A stretch of 64,000 nucleotides of DNA from Opitutales bacterium (GCA_049599475.1 JBMYOQ010000005.1:32001-96000), one strand, 5' to 3'. Positions 38,287 through 48,312 are shown, numbered from the stretch's first letter. Program-made: numbers and translations. The notes: generated by a model from the sequence alone, not told the origin.

Positions 38287-40314
38287 TTAAGCGGGAAAGG
38301 TGTAATTATGCCCCGAGTGCGCTGAGATTTTATCGAGATAGACAAGATCGCTGTGGTAGGCTGCTCGGCGCGCTATCTCCACTTTAAATTCTTCGGTAAT
38401 TTGCTCTAGGTTTGTGTCAGGATTTAGCAAGTCGGCCCAGAAGCCGGCTTTACGTAGGACTCGATTCCAGGAAGCGCGATCTGCCTTGATTCTACCGAAT
38501 TTGTCAAGGTATCGGATTTTCCCAACGTGTGAGTAATGCTGGAAGATCTCGGGGGGTACTTCTGTGATGGGGTCGTCTTCGTTGACGAATCTAAAGATCT
38601 GTCCCGACATTTCTTCCATCAGGAATGTGGCGAAGTCTTTGTCCCCGGGACGGGGCGATCCGTAAGTATACAGGCCGGATACTGGGATCTTCTGAGCGCA
38701 TAAATCTGCTGCGCAGAGGGTTGCCAGGCCGGCTCCTAGACTGTGGCCAGTGAGCCAAATTTCTCTTTCTGGATTTTCCTCAAGGGCTTCTTTTACTTGT
38801 GCGACCACGGTTTCTTTGACGGCGGAGTATGCACTGAGGAAGCCCTTGTGCACGGAGACTGTGGGGCCTGGGGTGTCGCCCAGAATATTCCAGCTGTCTA
38901 AGGGGATATTTAGATCGGTAATGATGTCTTGGAGTTCCTCTTTTTGTGTGCCTCGGAAGCAGATAGTTATGGAGTCATGGGTGTTTATGATGAATCCCTG
39001 GGTTCCGCGTGAAGCATTGTCTGCCCCTTCGCTGCCGAGCAGTATTGGCTTTTTAGATACGCCCATTTTGGAGACTTCTGGTTCGATCTCGGGGAATGGC
39101 AGGTATGCAATTTTGGAACAGCGCGCGGTCCAATATGCGATGTTTATGTCGAATGTGTCTTCGTCGGAAGCCATTGCTTCTGCGAAGGTTTTCGGGGTAT
39201 TGGTGTGGGCGGGCTGGGGTCCTTGCTGGTTGGCTGTTTTTGTCGGATTTTCAGAACTGTCCGCTTCTTTCTTTTCTGTTACGCCGGATACGGTAGCGCG
39301 GATTTTTGAGATTTTGTTCAGGATGTCATACCAGAAGGGTGCTCCGAGCGAGGCTGCGATGATGGTCGCGCTTAAGCCGATGATTTTTAAGAACCAATAG
39401 TGGGCGACCTGTCCGAAATCATCCTTTATGCAGCCGAAATCCATTTTCTTGAATTCGTAGTCGTCCCAGCCTAGGGGCACACCGGTGTTTTCAAGTTCGA
39501 GAACCGTATCTTCTACATTGTTGAAGGCTTCTTTGAAATTATTCGCCTGCTCTGAGCTGTCGTCTCCTTCCGTGCCGATTTCTTTATATGCCGCTTCTAC
39601 ACTGGCCTTTAAGATTTCGTCATTGGTCGAGAGGGCATTTATTATCCTTATCGTGTCAGCATTTATTAATACAGTCACGGCGATGGAGCTGATGATGACG
39701 TAGCGTTGGACGAGTCGCTTAAAGATACCCCGACTGCGGTCCATGCTCTCGTCGTACCAATTTCCAAGGGATTGAATAAGGGCGTCGCGCTCGCTGAGCT
39801 GTGGATTCTGGCGCTTGATGACTGCCGCGTGCTCGATTTGAGATTCGATCGCGTGGGCCAGCTGCACGCGTTGATCTTTCTCATCTTTATCCTTTAGCGA
39901 CTCGCTGTTTGCCCACCGTTTTACAGCGTGATTAAATCCTCCCAAACTATAGCATGGCTCCTTGCTGATTAGCTGCATTAGGACCGTGGCAAAAGTCTTG
40001 GCGTTTAAGCTGGAGGGAGCATGATTCTCGGAGTTGCTTTTTTTCTGTGCGCTCTCCTCTTGTGTGCCTGAGCCTTGTGGGTCTGTTGCATTCTTACACT
40101 GGCGGGCTGGATCGATGAGTGCCAGAATTTTGGGCTGATTGAAAAATTGCTTTGTTAATGTGCTATTCTTAAAGAATAAGCGGTCTACTGTTTGCCTGAG
40201 GACCTTTGCTTTGAGGTGGAAGCGAGCGATCAGGATGTCGCTGATGGATGTCACCAGAGTGCTGAGTACTAGGTAGACGAAGAAGAGGCCGATAAATATT
40301 TCGAGAGCTTTCAT
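38287..40314 (-). CDS. Membrane protein of unknown family fused to a class-3 lipase domain
   Basis: N-domain with TM segments, PLGW and LGAPFWYDIL. Lipase motifs FRGT, VHKGF, TGHSLGA, YGSPRPG, VNEDDPI, H near the C-terminus. Confidence 0.85.
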   Translation of the reverse strand: MKALEIFIGLFFVYLVLSTLVTSISDILIARFHLKAKVLRQTVDRLFFKNSTLTKQFFNQPKILALIDPARQCKNATDPQGSGTQEESAQKKSNSENHAPSSLNAKTFATVLMQLISKEPCYSLGGFNHAVKRWANSESLKDKDEKDQRVQLAHAIESQIEHAAVIKRQNPQLSERDALIQSLGNWYDESMDRSRGIFKRLVQRYVIISSIAVTVLINADTIRIINALSTNDEILKASVEAAYKEIGTEGDDSSEQANNFKEAFNNVEDTVLELENTGVPLGWDDYEFKKMDFGCIKDDFGQVAHYWFLKIIGLSATIIAASLGAPFWYDILNKISKIRATVSGVTEKKEADSSENPTKTANQQGPQPAHTNTPKTFAEAMASDEDTFDINIAYWTARCSKIAYLPFPEIEPEVSKMGVSKKPILLGSEGADNASRGTQGFIINTHDSITICFRGTQKEELQDIITDLNIPLDSWNILGDTPGPTVSVHKGFLSAYSAVKETVVAQVKEALEENPEREIWLTGHSLGAGLATLCAADLCAQKIPVSGLYTYGSPRPGDKDFATFLMEEMSGQIFRFVNEDDPITEVPPEIFQHYSHVGKIRYLDKFGRIKADRASWNRVLRKAGFWADLLNPDTNLEQITEEFKVEIARRAAYHSDLVYLDKISAHSGHNYTFPA

Positions 40315-40560
40315 GAGAGGAGGGTCGGAGAGAGCTAAGGATTCGTTGTATAACTTTGGACCTGTCGCGTGGCTCTTTCAGGTGCCACTGTGTGTTACCT
40401 TAATTAGCGATAAGCGATAGGTGTCCCTCCAGGACTCAAGCGCAGGGATGAAAGTCAAGCAGATTTGAGAACCGCTTTTCAATTAGGGATCTACTGGCAT
40501 CAGCCTAGAACTCTATGGTGTATTGGAGATGCTAGCCAGCTCAGCGGCTCATTCGCCGTC

Positions 40561-41295
40561 TTATTTGCCCCGCTGGTGGGATTGCACGAGGGCCTTGGCG
40601 ATTGCGTTTTCCACTCTGTTGCGAGAGTGGTTTATGTTTTGACGAATGCTCTTTCTGGCAGCTTGCGGGTCTTTGTTCTCAATGGCATCCAATATGGCCA
40701 AATGCTCTCCTGCTGTTTCTTGAATGCGGTGTGCATTTGTGATGACCGAAATTTTTACGAAGCGCAGACGCTCGTTCAAGCTGTGGAGAGAATCGGTGAT
40801 AGCCTGGTTGTTCAGGCTGTGAGCGAGACCCATGTGGAAATTGGTGTCACCCTCTACAAGGACTTCCGAATCGACCGTTTCGTCTGCCTGGATCTGCAGC
40901 CATTTTTCCCAGAAGCTACGTTGCTCCTGGACCCACTTTGCGTCGAGAGCAGAGTGGGTTGCCAAGGAATCTACGATAAACAGTTCCAGGGCCATGCGTA
41001 GATCGTAAAAGTCTTGGGTCTCTTTCGCGTCAGGTTGAATGACGAAGCATCCCTGGTTGGGCACCTTTTCCACGAGCTTTTGCTCTACAAGAGCTCGGAG
41101 TGCTTCTCGAATGGGGATGCGGCTGGCTGAAAACTCGGCGCAAAGAGATGCCTCAGAGAGGTGAAAGCCTGGGGGGTAATACCAGCTCAGGACTCGCTTG
41201 CGCAGAAGTTCCAAAATCTGCGCATTCGAACGACCGTGCCCGGTGGGGGGCGCGGTGTCTTTGGGGCGTGTCGCCTGAGTAGAGGGTTCCTGCAT
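40561..41295 (-). CDS. GntR-family (FadR/FCD) regulator
   Basis: LSEASLCAEFSASRIPIREAL HTH; FCD motifs DTNFH and EHLAILDAI. Divergent from the TonB receptor operon. Confidence 0.92.
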   Translation of the reverse strand: MQEPSTQATRPKDTAPPTGHGRSNAQILELLRKRVLSWYYPPGFHLSEASLCAEFSASRIPIREALRALVEQKLVEKVPNQGCFVIQPDAKETQDFYDLRMALELFIVDSLATHSALDAKWVQEQRSFWEKWLQIQADETVDSEVLVEGDTNFHMGLAHSLNNQAITDSLHSLNERLRFVKISVITNAHRIQETAGEHLAILDAIENKDPQAARKSIRQNINHSRNRVENAIAKALVQSHQRGK

Positions 41296-41355
41296 GGGTA
41301 CAACTGTCGGTTAAAAATGCTCATCTGCAACTGTGAATCGATTATTTTATAAAAA

Positions 41356-41376
41356 CGTATACGCTGTTGTATACAA
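41356..41376. promoter_or_regulatory. Tandem GTATAC palindromes, candidate GntR/FadR operator
   Basis: CGTATACG (41356-41363) and TTGTATACAA (41367-41376) in the divergent intergenic region. Confidence 0.65.
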
Positions 41377-41433
41377 TGGTATGGGTGCTGCTAAAGCCGA
41401 ATTGGACAAACTCATTCTTTCCGATTTCTAATT

Positions 41434-43890
41434 ATGATTACTGACTCACATCGTCCTTGGTCGCCAAAGAGCGCCACATCCTCCCGCCTGTTGACGGGTG
41501 GATTCTTCGTATGTGTTCTCGCAGGTTCTACATTGCAGGCACAGGAAGCGGAGGAAGATATCCTGGAGCTCGACAGCTATGTATTCGAGACCAACGAAAT
41601 TGACGACACAGGGATTCTTCCGGATCGTCCGATTGAAGGTTTCGGCGCGGGCTACTCGTCGTTGACGGAGATTCCGCGTTCGATCACGACTCTGGAGTCG
41701 GACCTCATCGACAATTTTGCGATTGAGAATGTAAACGACTTCGTGCGTGTCGCAGCGGGAACATACACGGGCAACTACTTTGGTGTTCCTGGAGCCCTCG
41801 ATGTGCGCGGTGACCGCGCTGACAATCTTTTCCGCGGGTTCCGTAGGGTAGAAAACCGAGGTAACTATCCGACTCCGCTTGGTGCGACAGAATTTGTCGA
41901 AATCATTAAAGGTCCCATGCCTGTTTCTTTTGGGCCAGGCAAGGTAGGAGGAGCGCTTAATTTCTATCCTAAAACAGCTAAAAGCGATACTGCGCAGATG
42001 CTAGATGAGGCAACGGGTAAAGTCACGGCAACCATTGGAAGTTACGATAAGTATATCGGCTCAATCGAGCATGGAGCCCCGTTAGAGGTTGGCGGTAAAA
42101 AGGGTGGTTACTATGCATACCTACGTGCCGAAGATACAGGAAGTTTCTATGATAATGTCTTCAGCGAAGGACTGCTCGGACAACTTGCTTTCAACTTCGA
42201 TCTCAGCGAAGATCTTCGTATCGAATTTGGCACGATGGCCCACTACAGCAATTTGGCTCAAAACTTGGGCTGGAACCGCGTAACGCAGGACCTGATCGAT
42301 AACGGAACTTATATCACTGGATTGGATACGGATGTCCAAGATACAAACGGAAATGGCTTCCTGGACCGTGACGAACTAGATCCTATCAATGACGTAGGTG
42401 CGGGGCTCGACCAGTTTGCATTTTTAGGAAATATGACAGGTATCACGACGCCTGCGGGCAGCCCTGGATTCTTCTTAGACAGCGGGCTCGGTACGACCAC
42501 GCTGGATCATAGCCAAGTCCAAGCGGACCCTGATGACTTCTCTGAGACAGATGCGATCGTCCTCTACTTTGACCTCATCAAGCGCATCGATTTCGATACT
42601 GTATTCACAAATCAAAGCTTCTTTGATGTCTACGATCACCACAAGTATTCAACTTATGGTTTCACTGCGAAATATGACACCTACGTGTTTGAAAATCGCT
42701 CTACATTTGAGAAGCGTTGGCAGCTAGAAAATGCGACTCTTACTTCTGAGCTTGGTGGTGGAATCCGCTACTCGGATGGTGAAGAGCGCGAATCACGGGG
42801 ACGTGGCTATCAAGTGCAAGATCGTCGCGACATTTCTTTGGATTACATCCCAGCTAATACACGTTTCGAGCAGGCAGAGGCCAATGGCGATGCAACGGAT
42901 ATTCCATACAATCACGTCCAAGAAGGGGATTACCTCAATCTTGGCTTGTTTGGAAGCTTGACTGCGGCATTTGACAATGGTCTTACCGCGCAAGCCGGTA
43001 TTCGCGAAGATTATTTCGAAGTCGAAACTGAGGGTTACAGCTTTGGCCCAGGATCCGGTGCCACCAATGAAGATGAGGACGAAGCCTTCTCCTTCAATCT
43101 AAGCCTGACTTACGACACTGGCACTGGCCTGTTCCCTTACGTCACGTATGCGGAGTCCAGCTATCTGGAGTTGGGGCAGGGTAGCATTCTTGACCAGGCG
43201 CTCATCGGAAATGGTTCTTGGCTCCAGGATTCCGAAGTATTCGAAATTGGTGTGAAGGGGTCGTTCTTCGATAAAACACTCTTCGCGACGATTGCTTACT
43301 ACGACCAAGAGCGCTCCTTCAACGATTCCAACGCGAATGCATCTGTTTCCTACGGTTCTAAAGGGGTTGAGGCAGAGCTGAGATGGGTGGTTAATGAGAA
43401 CCTCTCTTTCATTGGTGCAGCCACCTTTTCTGAAGCAGAATTGGATGCCTTCCCATTTTTCCTAGGTATCCCGCCGGAAGTGCTTGGATATTCATTGGAT
43501 GATATTTCCGAAATACCTTATGGTGGACGCTTCATCTCGGACGGCAATGCGATCGATCTCGGTATCTCAACACCCGCAGATTGGCCAGCACCTACCGAGA
43601 CACACTCGCTCACCGCGATCTACTCCATGGACAATGGGCTCGGCTTCTCTTTCGGGGGAACTTACATCGGCTCGACTTTCTCAGGATTCTTCGAAGAGGT
43701 AAGCTTGCCGTCTTACATCGAATTTAATGGTTCGATCTCATATAAATATAAGAATTGGAGCTTCAATGCCTCAGTCCTCAATATCTTCGAGGAAGAAGGC
43801 TATACCCCACAGTTCCTCTTCCAGGAAGTGTTTATTGGACCAAACATAAACGAGCGTCAGTACCAACTGACGGTTGCTTACGAATGGTAA
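41434..43890 (+). CDS. TonB-dependent receptor
   Basis: Signal peptide, plug motifs EIPRSIT..DVRG..EIIKGP..G.GG.LNF, beta-barrel composition, terminal aromatic residue (YEW). Confidence 0.92.
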   Translation: MITDSHRPWSPKSATSSRLLTGGFFVCVLAGSTLQAQEAEEDILELDSYVFETNEIDDTGILPDRPIEGFGAGYSSLTEIPRSITTLESDLIDNFAIENVNDFVRVAAGTYTGNYFGVPGALDVRGDRADNLFRGFRRVENRGNYPTPLGATEFVEIIKGPMPVSFGPGKVGGALNFYPKTAKSDTAQMLDEATGKVTATIGSYDKYIGSIEHGAPLEVGGKKGGYYAYLRAEDTGSFYDNVFSEGLLGQLAFNFDLSEDLRIEFGTMAHYSNLAQNLGWNRVTQDLIDNGTYITGLDTDVQDTNGNGFLDRDELDPINDVGAGLDQFAFLGNMTGITTPAGSPGFFLDSGLGTTTLDHSQVQADPDDFSETDAIVLYFDLIKRIDFDTVFTNQSFFDVYDHHKYSTYGFTAKYDTYVFENRSTFEKRWQLENATLTSELGGGIRYSDGEERESRGRGYQVQDRRDISLDYIPANTRFEQAEANGDATDIPYNHVQEGDYLNLGLFGSLTAAFDNGLTAQAGIREDYFEVETEGYSFGPGSGATNEDEDEAFSFNLSLTYDTGTGLFPYVTYAESSYLELGQGSILDQALIGNGSWLQDSEVFEIGVKGSFFDKTLFATIAYYDQERSFNDSNANASVSYGSKGVEAELRWVVNENLSFIGAATFSEAELDAFPFFLGIPPEVLGYSLDDISEIPYGGRFISDGNAIDLGISTPADWPAPTETHSLTAIYSMDNGLGFSFGGTYIGSTFSGFFEEVSLPSYIEFNGSISYKYKNWSFNASVLNIFEEEGYTPQFLFQEVFIGPNINERQYQLTVAYEW

Positions 43891-43901
43891 TCTCAGGTCG
43901 G

Positions 43902-43927
43902 CGGGCGAGGCAGAATAGTCTCGCCCG
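43902..43927 (+). terminator. Intercistronic GC-rich stem-loop after the TBDR gene
   Basis: CGGGCGAGGC-AGAATA-GTCTCGCCCG followed by a weak T-rich tail. Confidence 0.55.
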
Positions 43928-44064
43928 TTGTATTTCAAGTAGTTGTTTTGTTTGTAGTGTAAATATTGGTTAGATTAGGACAAACCGCGCATTCTCCGAA
44001 TGGTGAGATCTTTGGAGAATGCCGGGTTGTTCTAACGGCCTCTCAGAGTTCTCTTACCCATACC

Positions 44065-44634
44065 GTGAACGAATCGAGGAAAACAGAAATAGCGCAGAAT
44101 GTTGTAGCCGCTTTCAAGGGGTACGAAGCCGCATTGGTTTCCAACGACATTGAAGCCTTACAAAGTTACTTTCACCAATCGCCTGATGCTATTCGCTTCG
44201 GAGTGAATGAGCAATTATATGGCTACGAAGCGATCGCTCAGTTTCGCAAAGACCGTGTAATCAATTTTCGTAACCGGACGGAAAAACGCTTCGAAATCTC
44301 GGTTCTATCCGAGACTGTCGCGACCACGATGTACGAATACTCTATTGAGGTAGAGGGCGTGCCGCGAGATGGGAGACAGTCGCAGACATGGTTGTTCTCC
44401 GAGGGTAATTGGAAAATAATTACGGCACATGTTTCCCTACTTCCTGGTCGATCGGAAGTAGCTGACTGGAAACGCTTTGCACAGGAAAATGCAGCCTGCC
44501 TCGATTTTACTATCGATCCAGCTCATTTGGCAGGCGTTGTGCAACACCTAGAGACCATGGATAAACTTGTGGAGCCTCTGATGGATTTTGAATTGCCGGA
44601 GGACGTGGAGCCCGCTCCTGTATTTCGCCCATGA
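44065..44634 (+). CDS. AtzH/HpxZ-like (DUF3225) domain fused to AtzG/HpxX-like (DUF4089) domain
   Basis: Likely GTG start at 44065, in frame with ORF 43966. N-part AFKGYEAALVSND..IRFG..LYGYEAIAQFR..GRQSQTW..WKIITAHVS. C-part AACLDFTIDPAHLAGVVQHL..LMDFELPEDVEPAPVFRP. Confidence 0.85.
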   Translation: MNESRKTEIAQNVVAAFKGYEAALVSNDIEALQSYFHQSPDAIRFGVNEQLYGYEAIAQFRKDRVINFRNRTEKRFEISVLSETVATTMYEYSIEVEGVPRDGRQSQTWLFSEGNWKIITAHVSLLPGRSEVADWKRFAQENAACLDFTIDPAHLAGVVQHLETMDKLVEPLMDFELPEDVEPAPVFRP

Positions 44635-46028
44635 GCACACCTTATTATCGCATGCAAGCTGCAGAAATTGCGGCAGGTGTGAAAACGAAACAATTTTCGG
44701 CGGTCGAAATTGTCCAAGCATGTATTGATAGAATAGATACTGTAGGGCAGAAGCTAAATGCATTTACACGGGTCACGCGTGAGCGCGCACTCGCAGAAGC
44801 GGCGGAACTGGATGCTGCGCTTGCTCGAGGCGAAGATGTTGGCCCCCTTGCAGGCGTTCCTTTTGCCGTGAAAAATCTCTTCGACTTAAAGGGCGAGGTG
44901 ACTGTTGCAGGGTCCAAAATTAACAGAGATAATGATCCGGCGGAATCCGATGCGACCGCGGTCCAGCGCCTTACTCAAGCTGGAGCCATTTGCGTGGGCG
45001 CACTCAATATGGGGGAATACGCCTATGATTTTGTCACTGAAAATGCCCACGATGGCGCGACGCTCAATCCTTGGGACTTGGGGCATTCGGCGGGCGGTTC
45101 CTCGGGTGGCTCAGGAGCAGCAACGGCGGGTGGGCTTGTGCCCATAACTCTTGGAACGGATACCAATGGATCTATCCGAGTGCCTTCTTCATTCTGCGGT
45201 ATTTGGGGAATACGCCCCACCTATGGGCGTCTCTCTCGCGGAGGTTCGTTTGCCTTTGTTGATAGTATTGATACGATTGGCCCGTTCGCGCGGAGTGTTG
45301 AGGATCTTGCTCAAGCCTACGATGCCATGTCAGGTCCCGACGCACGCGATGCCGCATGCTCGGAGTTGCCAGAAACCGCGTTTGCCCAAACCCTGACTTC
45401 GGCTGATACACCGTTTAGGATCGCCAAGCTTGGGGGCTATTTCGCGGAAGGCGGCGATCCCAAGGTGCATGCGGCCGTGGATACCGTCATGGCGGCTTTA
45501 GGAGTCAGTGAATCAGTCGAGATCCCTGAGCCAGCGCTCGCTAGAACCTCTGCATTTGTCATTACTTGCGCAGAAGCCGGAGCACGCCATCTAGACCGAG
45601 TGCGCAGCCGTGCTCATGATTTCGATCCGAATATTCGCGACCGCTTTATTGCCGGTACGATGGTTCCGCACGCTTGGGTGGATAAGGCCCAGCGCTTTCG
45701 CACCTGGTGGCATGGCGAGGTGATGAAGGTGTTTGAATCCGTAGATATATTGATTGCACCGGCGACACCGCTTACTGCTTCAAAGCTTGGCCAAAAGACT
45801 CTGAGCTTCAACGGGGAGCAGTTGCCCCTACGCCCCAATATCGGCCTATTTACGCAGCCCTTGTCGTTTGCGGGTCTTCCTATTTTAGCGGCTCCAGTGC
45901 ATCGCGACGAGCAGATGCCGTGTGCCGTCCAGCTGGTAGCGGCTCCGCATGCTGAAGAAAAATTATTTAAATTGGCTCGAAAGTTGGAGACGATGGGGGT
46001 GTGCACCTCCCCGGTGGCTTCATTTTAA
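44631..46028 (+). CDS. atzE: AtzE-family amidase (1-carboxybiuret hydrolase-like)
   Basis: GPLAGVPFAVKNLFD, LNMGEYAYDF..ENAH, GGSSGGS, GTDTNGSIRVPS (Ser-cisSer-Lys triad intact). ATGA overlap with the upstream gene. Confidence 0.88.
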   Translation: MSTPYYRMQAAEIAAGVKTKQFSAVEIVQACIDRIDTVGQKLNAFTRVTRERALAEAAELDAALARGEDVGPLAGVPFAVKNLFDLKGEVTVAGSKINRDNDPAESDATAVQRLTQAGAICVGALNMGEYAYDFVTENAHDGATLNPWDLGHSAGGSSGGSGAATAGGLVPITLGTDTNGSIRVPSSFCGIWGIRPTYGRLSRGGSFAFVDSIDTIGPFARSVEDLAQAYDAMSGPDARDAACSELPETAFAQTLTSADTPFRIAKLGGYFAEGGDPKVHAAVDTVMAALGVSESVEIPEPALARTSAFVITCAEAGARHLDRVRSRAHDFDPNIRDRFIAGTMVPHAWVDKAQRFRTWWHGEVMKVFESVDILIAPATPLTASKLGQKTLSFNGEQLPLRPNIGLFTQPLSFAGLPILAAPVHRDEQMPCAVQLVAAPHAEEKLFKLARKLETMGVCTSPVASF

Positions 46029-46050
46029 GTGTATCCTAAATTAAATTACA

Positions 46051-46731
46051 ATGTCTCCTGCGCCTGTTAATGCCCAGCCTTTTGAGTTCCATCTGAAGAT
46101 GGATGAGTGTGCATTCCTCATCATTGATATGCAGCGGGACTTTGTTGAGCCTGGAGGTTTTGGAGAATCTTTGGGAAATGATGTATCCTTGCTCCGTTCG
46201 ACAATATTGCCTACGGCTCGGTTGCTGGCTGCATGGCGCGAAATGGGGGGTAAAGTGATACACACGCGTGAAGGGCATTTGCCGGATTTGTCGGATCTTC
46301 CGGAATCTAAGCGCACGCGAGGCAATCCGGAAATTGCGATAGGGGATACCGGGCCGATGGGCCGCATTCTAATTCGCGGCGAAGCGGGCCAAGGCATCAT
46401 TCCTGAGTTAGCCCCCGCCGAGGGTGAGTGCGTGATCGATAAGCCGGGGAAGGGCGCATTCTATAATACGTCTCTCGGAGATTATTTGAAGGCGGAAGGG
46501 ATCACTCAATTGATTGTTGCAGGAGTGACCACTGAGGTTTGCGTGCACACCACCGTGCGAGAGGCCAATGATCGCGGATATGACTGCCTCGTATTATCGG
46601 ACTGCACAGGGTCTTATTTCCCGGAATTTCATGAAATGGCCTTAAAAATGGTCGTAGCTCAGAGCGGCATATTTGGCTGGGTGTCCGAGAGTGCATCTAT
46701 CTTAAACGCACTAGATAAATTGAAGGAATAA
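46051..46731 (+). CDS. trtA: Cysteine hydrolase (isochorismatase fold), triuret hydrolase TrtA-type
   Basis: Triad IDMQ/DKPGK/EVCV. The positions that discriminate TrtA from BiuH are TrtA-type: GGF-GESL-GN, TTE, SYF, GIF (BiuH has Y, M, Y, D, T, V). Confidence 0.8.
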   Translation: MSPAPVNAQPFEFHLKMDECAFLIIDMQRDFVEPGGFGESLGNDVSLLRSTILPTARLLAAWREMGGKVIHTREGHLPDLSDLPESKRTRGNPEIAIGDTGPMGRILIRGEAGQGIIPELAPAEGECVIDKPGKGAFYNTSLGDYLKAEGITQLIVAGVTTEVCVHTTVREANDRGYDCLVLSDCTGSYFPEFHEMALKMVVAQSGIFGWVSESASILNALDKLKE

Positions 46732-46737
46732 AACGCG

Positions 46738-48312
46738 ATGACTGATTCCACGAATACTTTTAAGCCCAAGCTCTGGGTTCCCGGAGATTGGAATGCATTT
46801 TTTGGATACGGGACAAATATTTTGGTAAATGTCCTCACGCTCACAGGCTTATTGAGATTCGTATTGGGCTTTCCTGACGAGCTTGTTTTCGGTCGAGTAT
46901 TACCAGCAGTCGGGTTGATGCTTTTCCTGTCCACTTTTTATTATTCCTGGATGGCGTATCGTCTGGCGAAGGAAACGGGACGCACCGATGTCTGTGCACT
47001 CCCATCCGGGCCGGGAGTGGGGCACATGTTTATCTGTGTGTTTGTGGTCATGATGCCGATAAAAATGGAGACGGGCGATCCTGTTAAAGCTTGGGAAGCC
47101 GGCCTCACCTGGGTGTTTATTCAGAGTTTTGTCCTCGTGATCGGCGCATTCTTGGGGAAGTGGATTCGTAAGATTACCCCGCGTGCTGCGCTTTTGGGTA
47201 CTCTCGCTGGGGTCGCGATTACTTTTATCTCAATGCGTCCACTGATGCAGATGTTCCTCACTCCAGCGATTGGCGTGCTGTGCTTTGTCATCATTATGGC
47301 AGGCTGGTTCGGAGGTGTGAAATTCTTCAAGGGAATGCCCGCAGGTTTAGTTGCCTTGTTGGGAGGCACTGCCATTGCTTGGGGATCTCAATTATTCGGA
47401 ATGAATCTGGGTGGCTTGTCGCTTGAGGGGGTGACTGACTCTTTGAAATATTTTGGATTTAGCATTCCGATTCCAGCCCTCGATCATACGTTTTCGGGCT
47501 TCGAGTTTTTAGGTATCCTGCTCGTGACTGCGATTCCCTTCGGCCTGTATGATTTGATCGAAGCGATCGATAATGTGGAGAGCTCCGCCGCAGCGGGAGA
47601 CCCATATCCTACCAAAAAAGTGCTCTTGGCCGACGGTGTTGTCAGTATGATCGGTTGCTTGATGGGGAATCCATTTACCTTAGCCGTTTATATTGGGCAT
47701 CCCGGCTGGAAGGCTATGGGTGGCCGTATCGGCTACACTTTGGCAACAGGTGTTATGGTGATTCTGTTGTGCTGGTTTGGTACAGTCTCTGTGATATTGG
47801 CCGTCGTGCCGGTTGTCGCAATATTACCAATACTTTTATATATCGGACTCTTGATTGGCTCTCAGGCATTTCAAGAGACTCCCGCGCGTCACGCACCCGC
47901 AGTGATCATGGCGATGGTGCCGCACATGGCACACTGGGCTGGAGGTATGATCGAGGGTGCGCTCAATGCAAATGGCATTTTCGAACGCACACCAGAGCTC
48001 TACGAGAAGCTCGCTGGGGAAGGTGTATTGCTTCAAGGCCTACACAAAGTCGGAGATGGTGCAGCGCTCTCTGGGATTATTCTGGCGACGATGACTGTGT
48101 TTATCATCGAACGAAAATTACAGTATGCCGCGATTGCTGCCGCGATTGGCGCCGGCCTGACTTATTTGGGCTTAATGCATGGTCAAAATGTGGGCTGGGC
48201 GATGAATCCGAGTATAGCGCTGGGATACTTGATGACGGCTGGGTTTCTTGCCTTGTGCTCACGCCAGAAACTCGATCCCGTTCCTGAAGACCCACATCAC
48301 CATGCGTCTTAG
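46738..48312 (+). CDS. NCS2/AzgA-like (xanthine/uracil-type) permease
   Basis: About 13 TM segments; PGDWNAFFG, ALPSG, NVESSAAAGDPY, VYIGHPGWKAMG. Confidence 0.82.
   Translation: MTDSTNTFKPKLWVPGDWNAFFGYGTNILVNVLTLTGLLRFVLGFPDELVFGRVLPAVGLMLFLSTFYYSWMAYRLAKETGRTDVCALPSGPGVGHMFICVFVVMMPIKMETGDPVKAWEAGLTWVFIQSFVLVIGAFLGKWIRKITPRAALLGTLAGVAITFISMRPLMQMFLTPAIGVLCFVIIMAGWFGGVKFFKGMPAGLVALLGGTAIAWGSQLFGMNLGGLSLEGVTDSLKYFGFSIPIPALDHTFSGFEFLGILLVTAIPFGLYDLIEAIDNVESSAAAGDPYPTKKVLLADGVVSMIGCLMGNPFTLAVYIGHPGWKAMGGRIGYTLATGVMVILLCWFGTVSVILAVVPVVAILPILLYIGLLIGSQAFQETPARHAPAVIMAMVPHMAHWAGGMIEGALNANGIFERTPELYEKLAGEGVLLQGLHKVGDGAALSGIILATMTVFIIERKLQYAAIAAAIGAGLTYLGLMHGQNVGWAMNPSIALGYLMTAGFLALCSRQKLDPVPEDPHHHAS

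Noticed and set aside
46051..46731. Biuret hydrolase BiuH, or a nicotinamidase linked to the nearby nad genes
   Set aside because: The signature positions are TrtA-type, there is no PncA metal-binding DxHxxxH motif, and the gene is embedded in the atzE operon.
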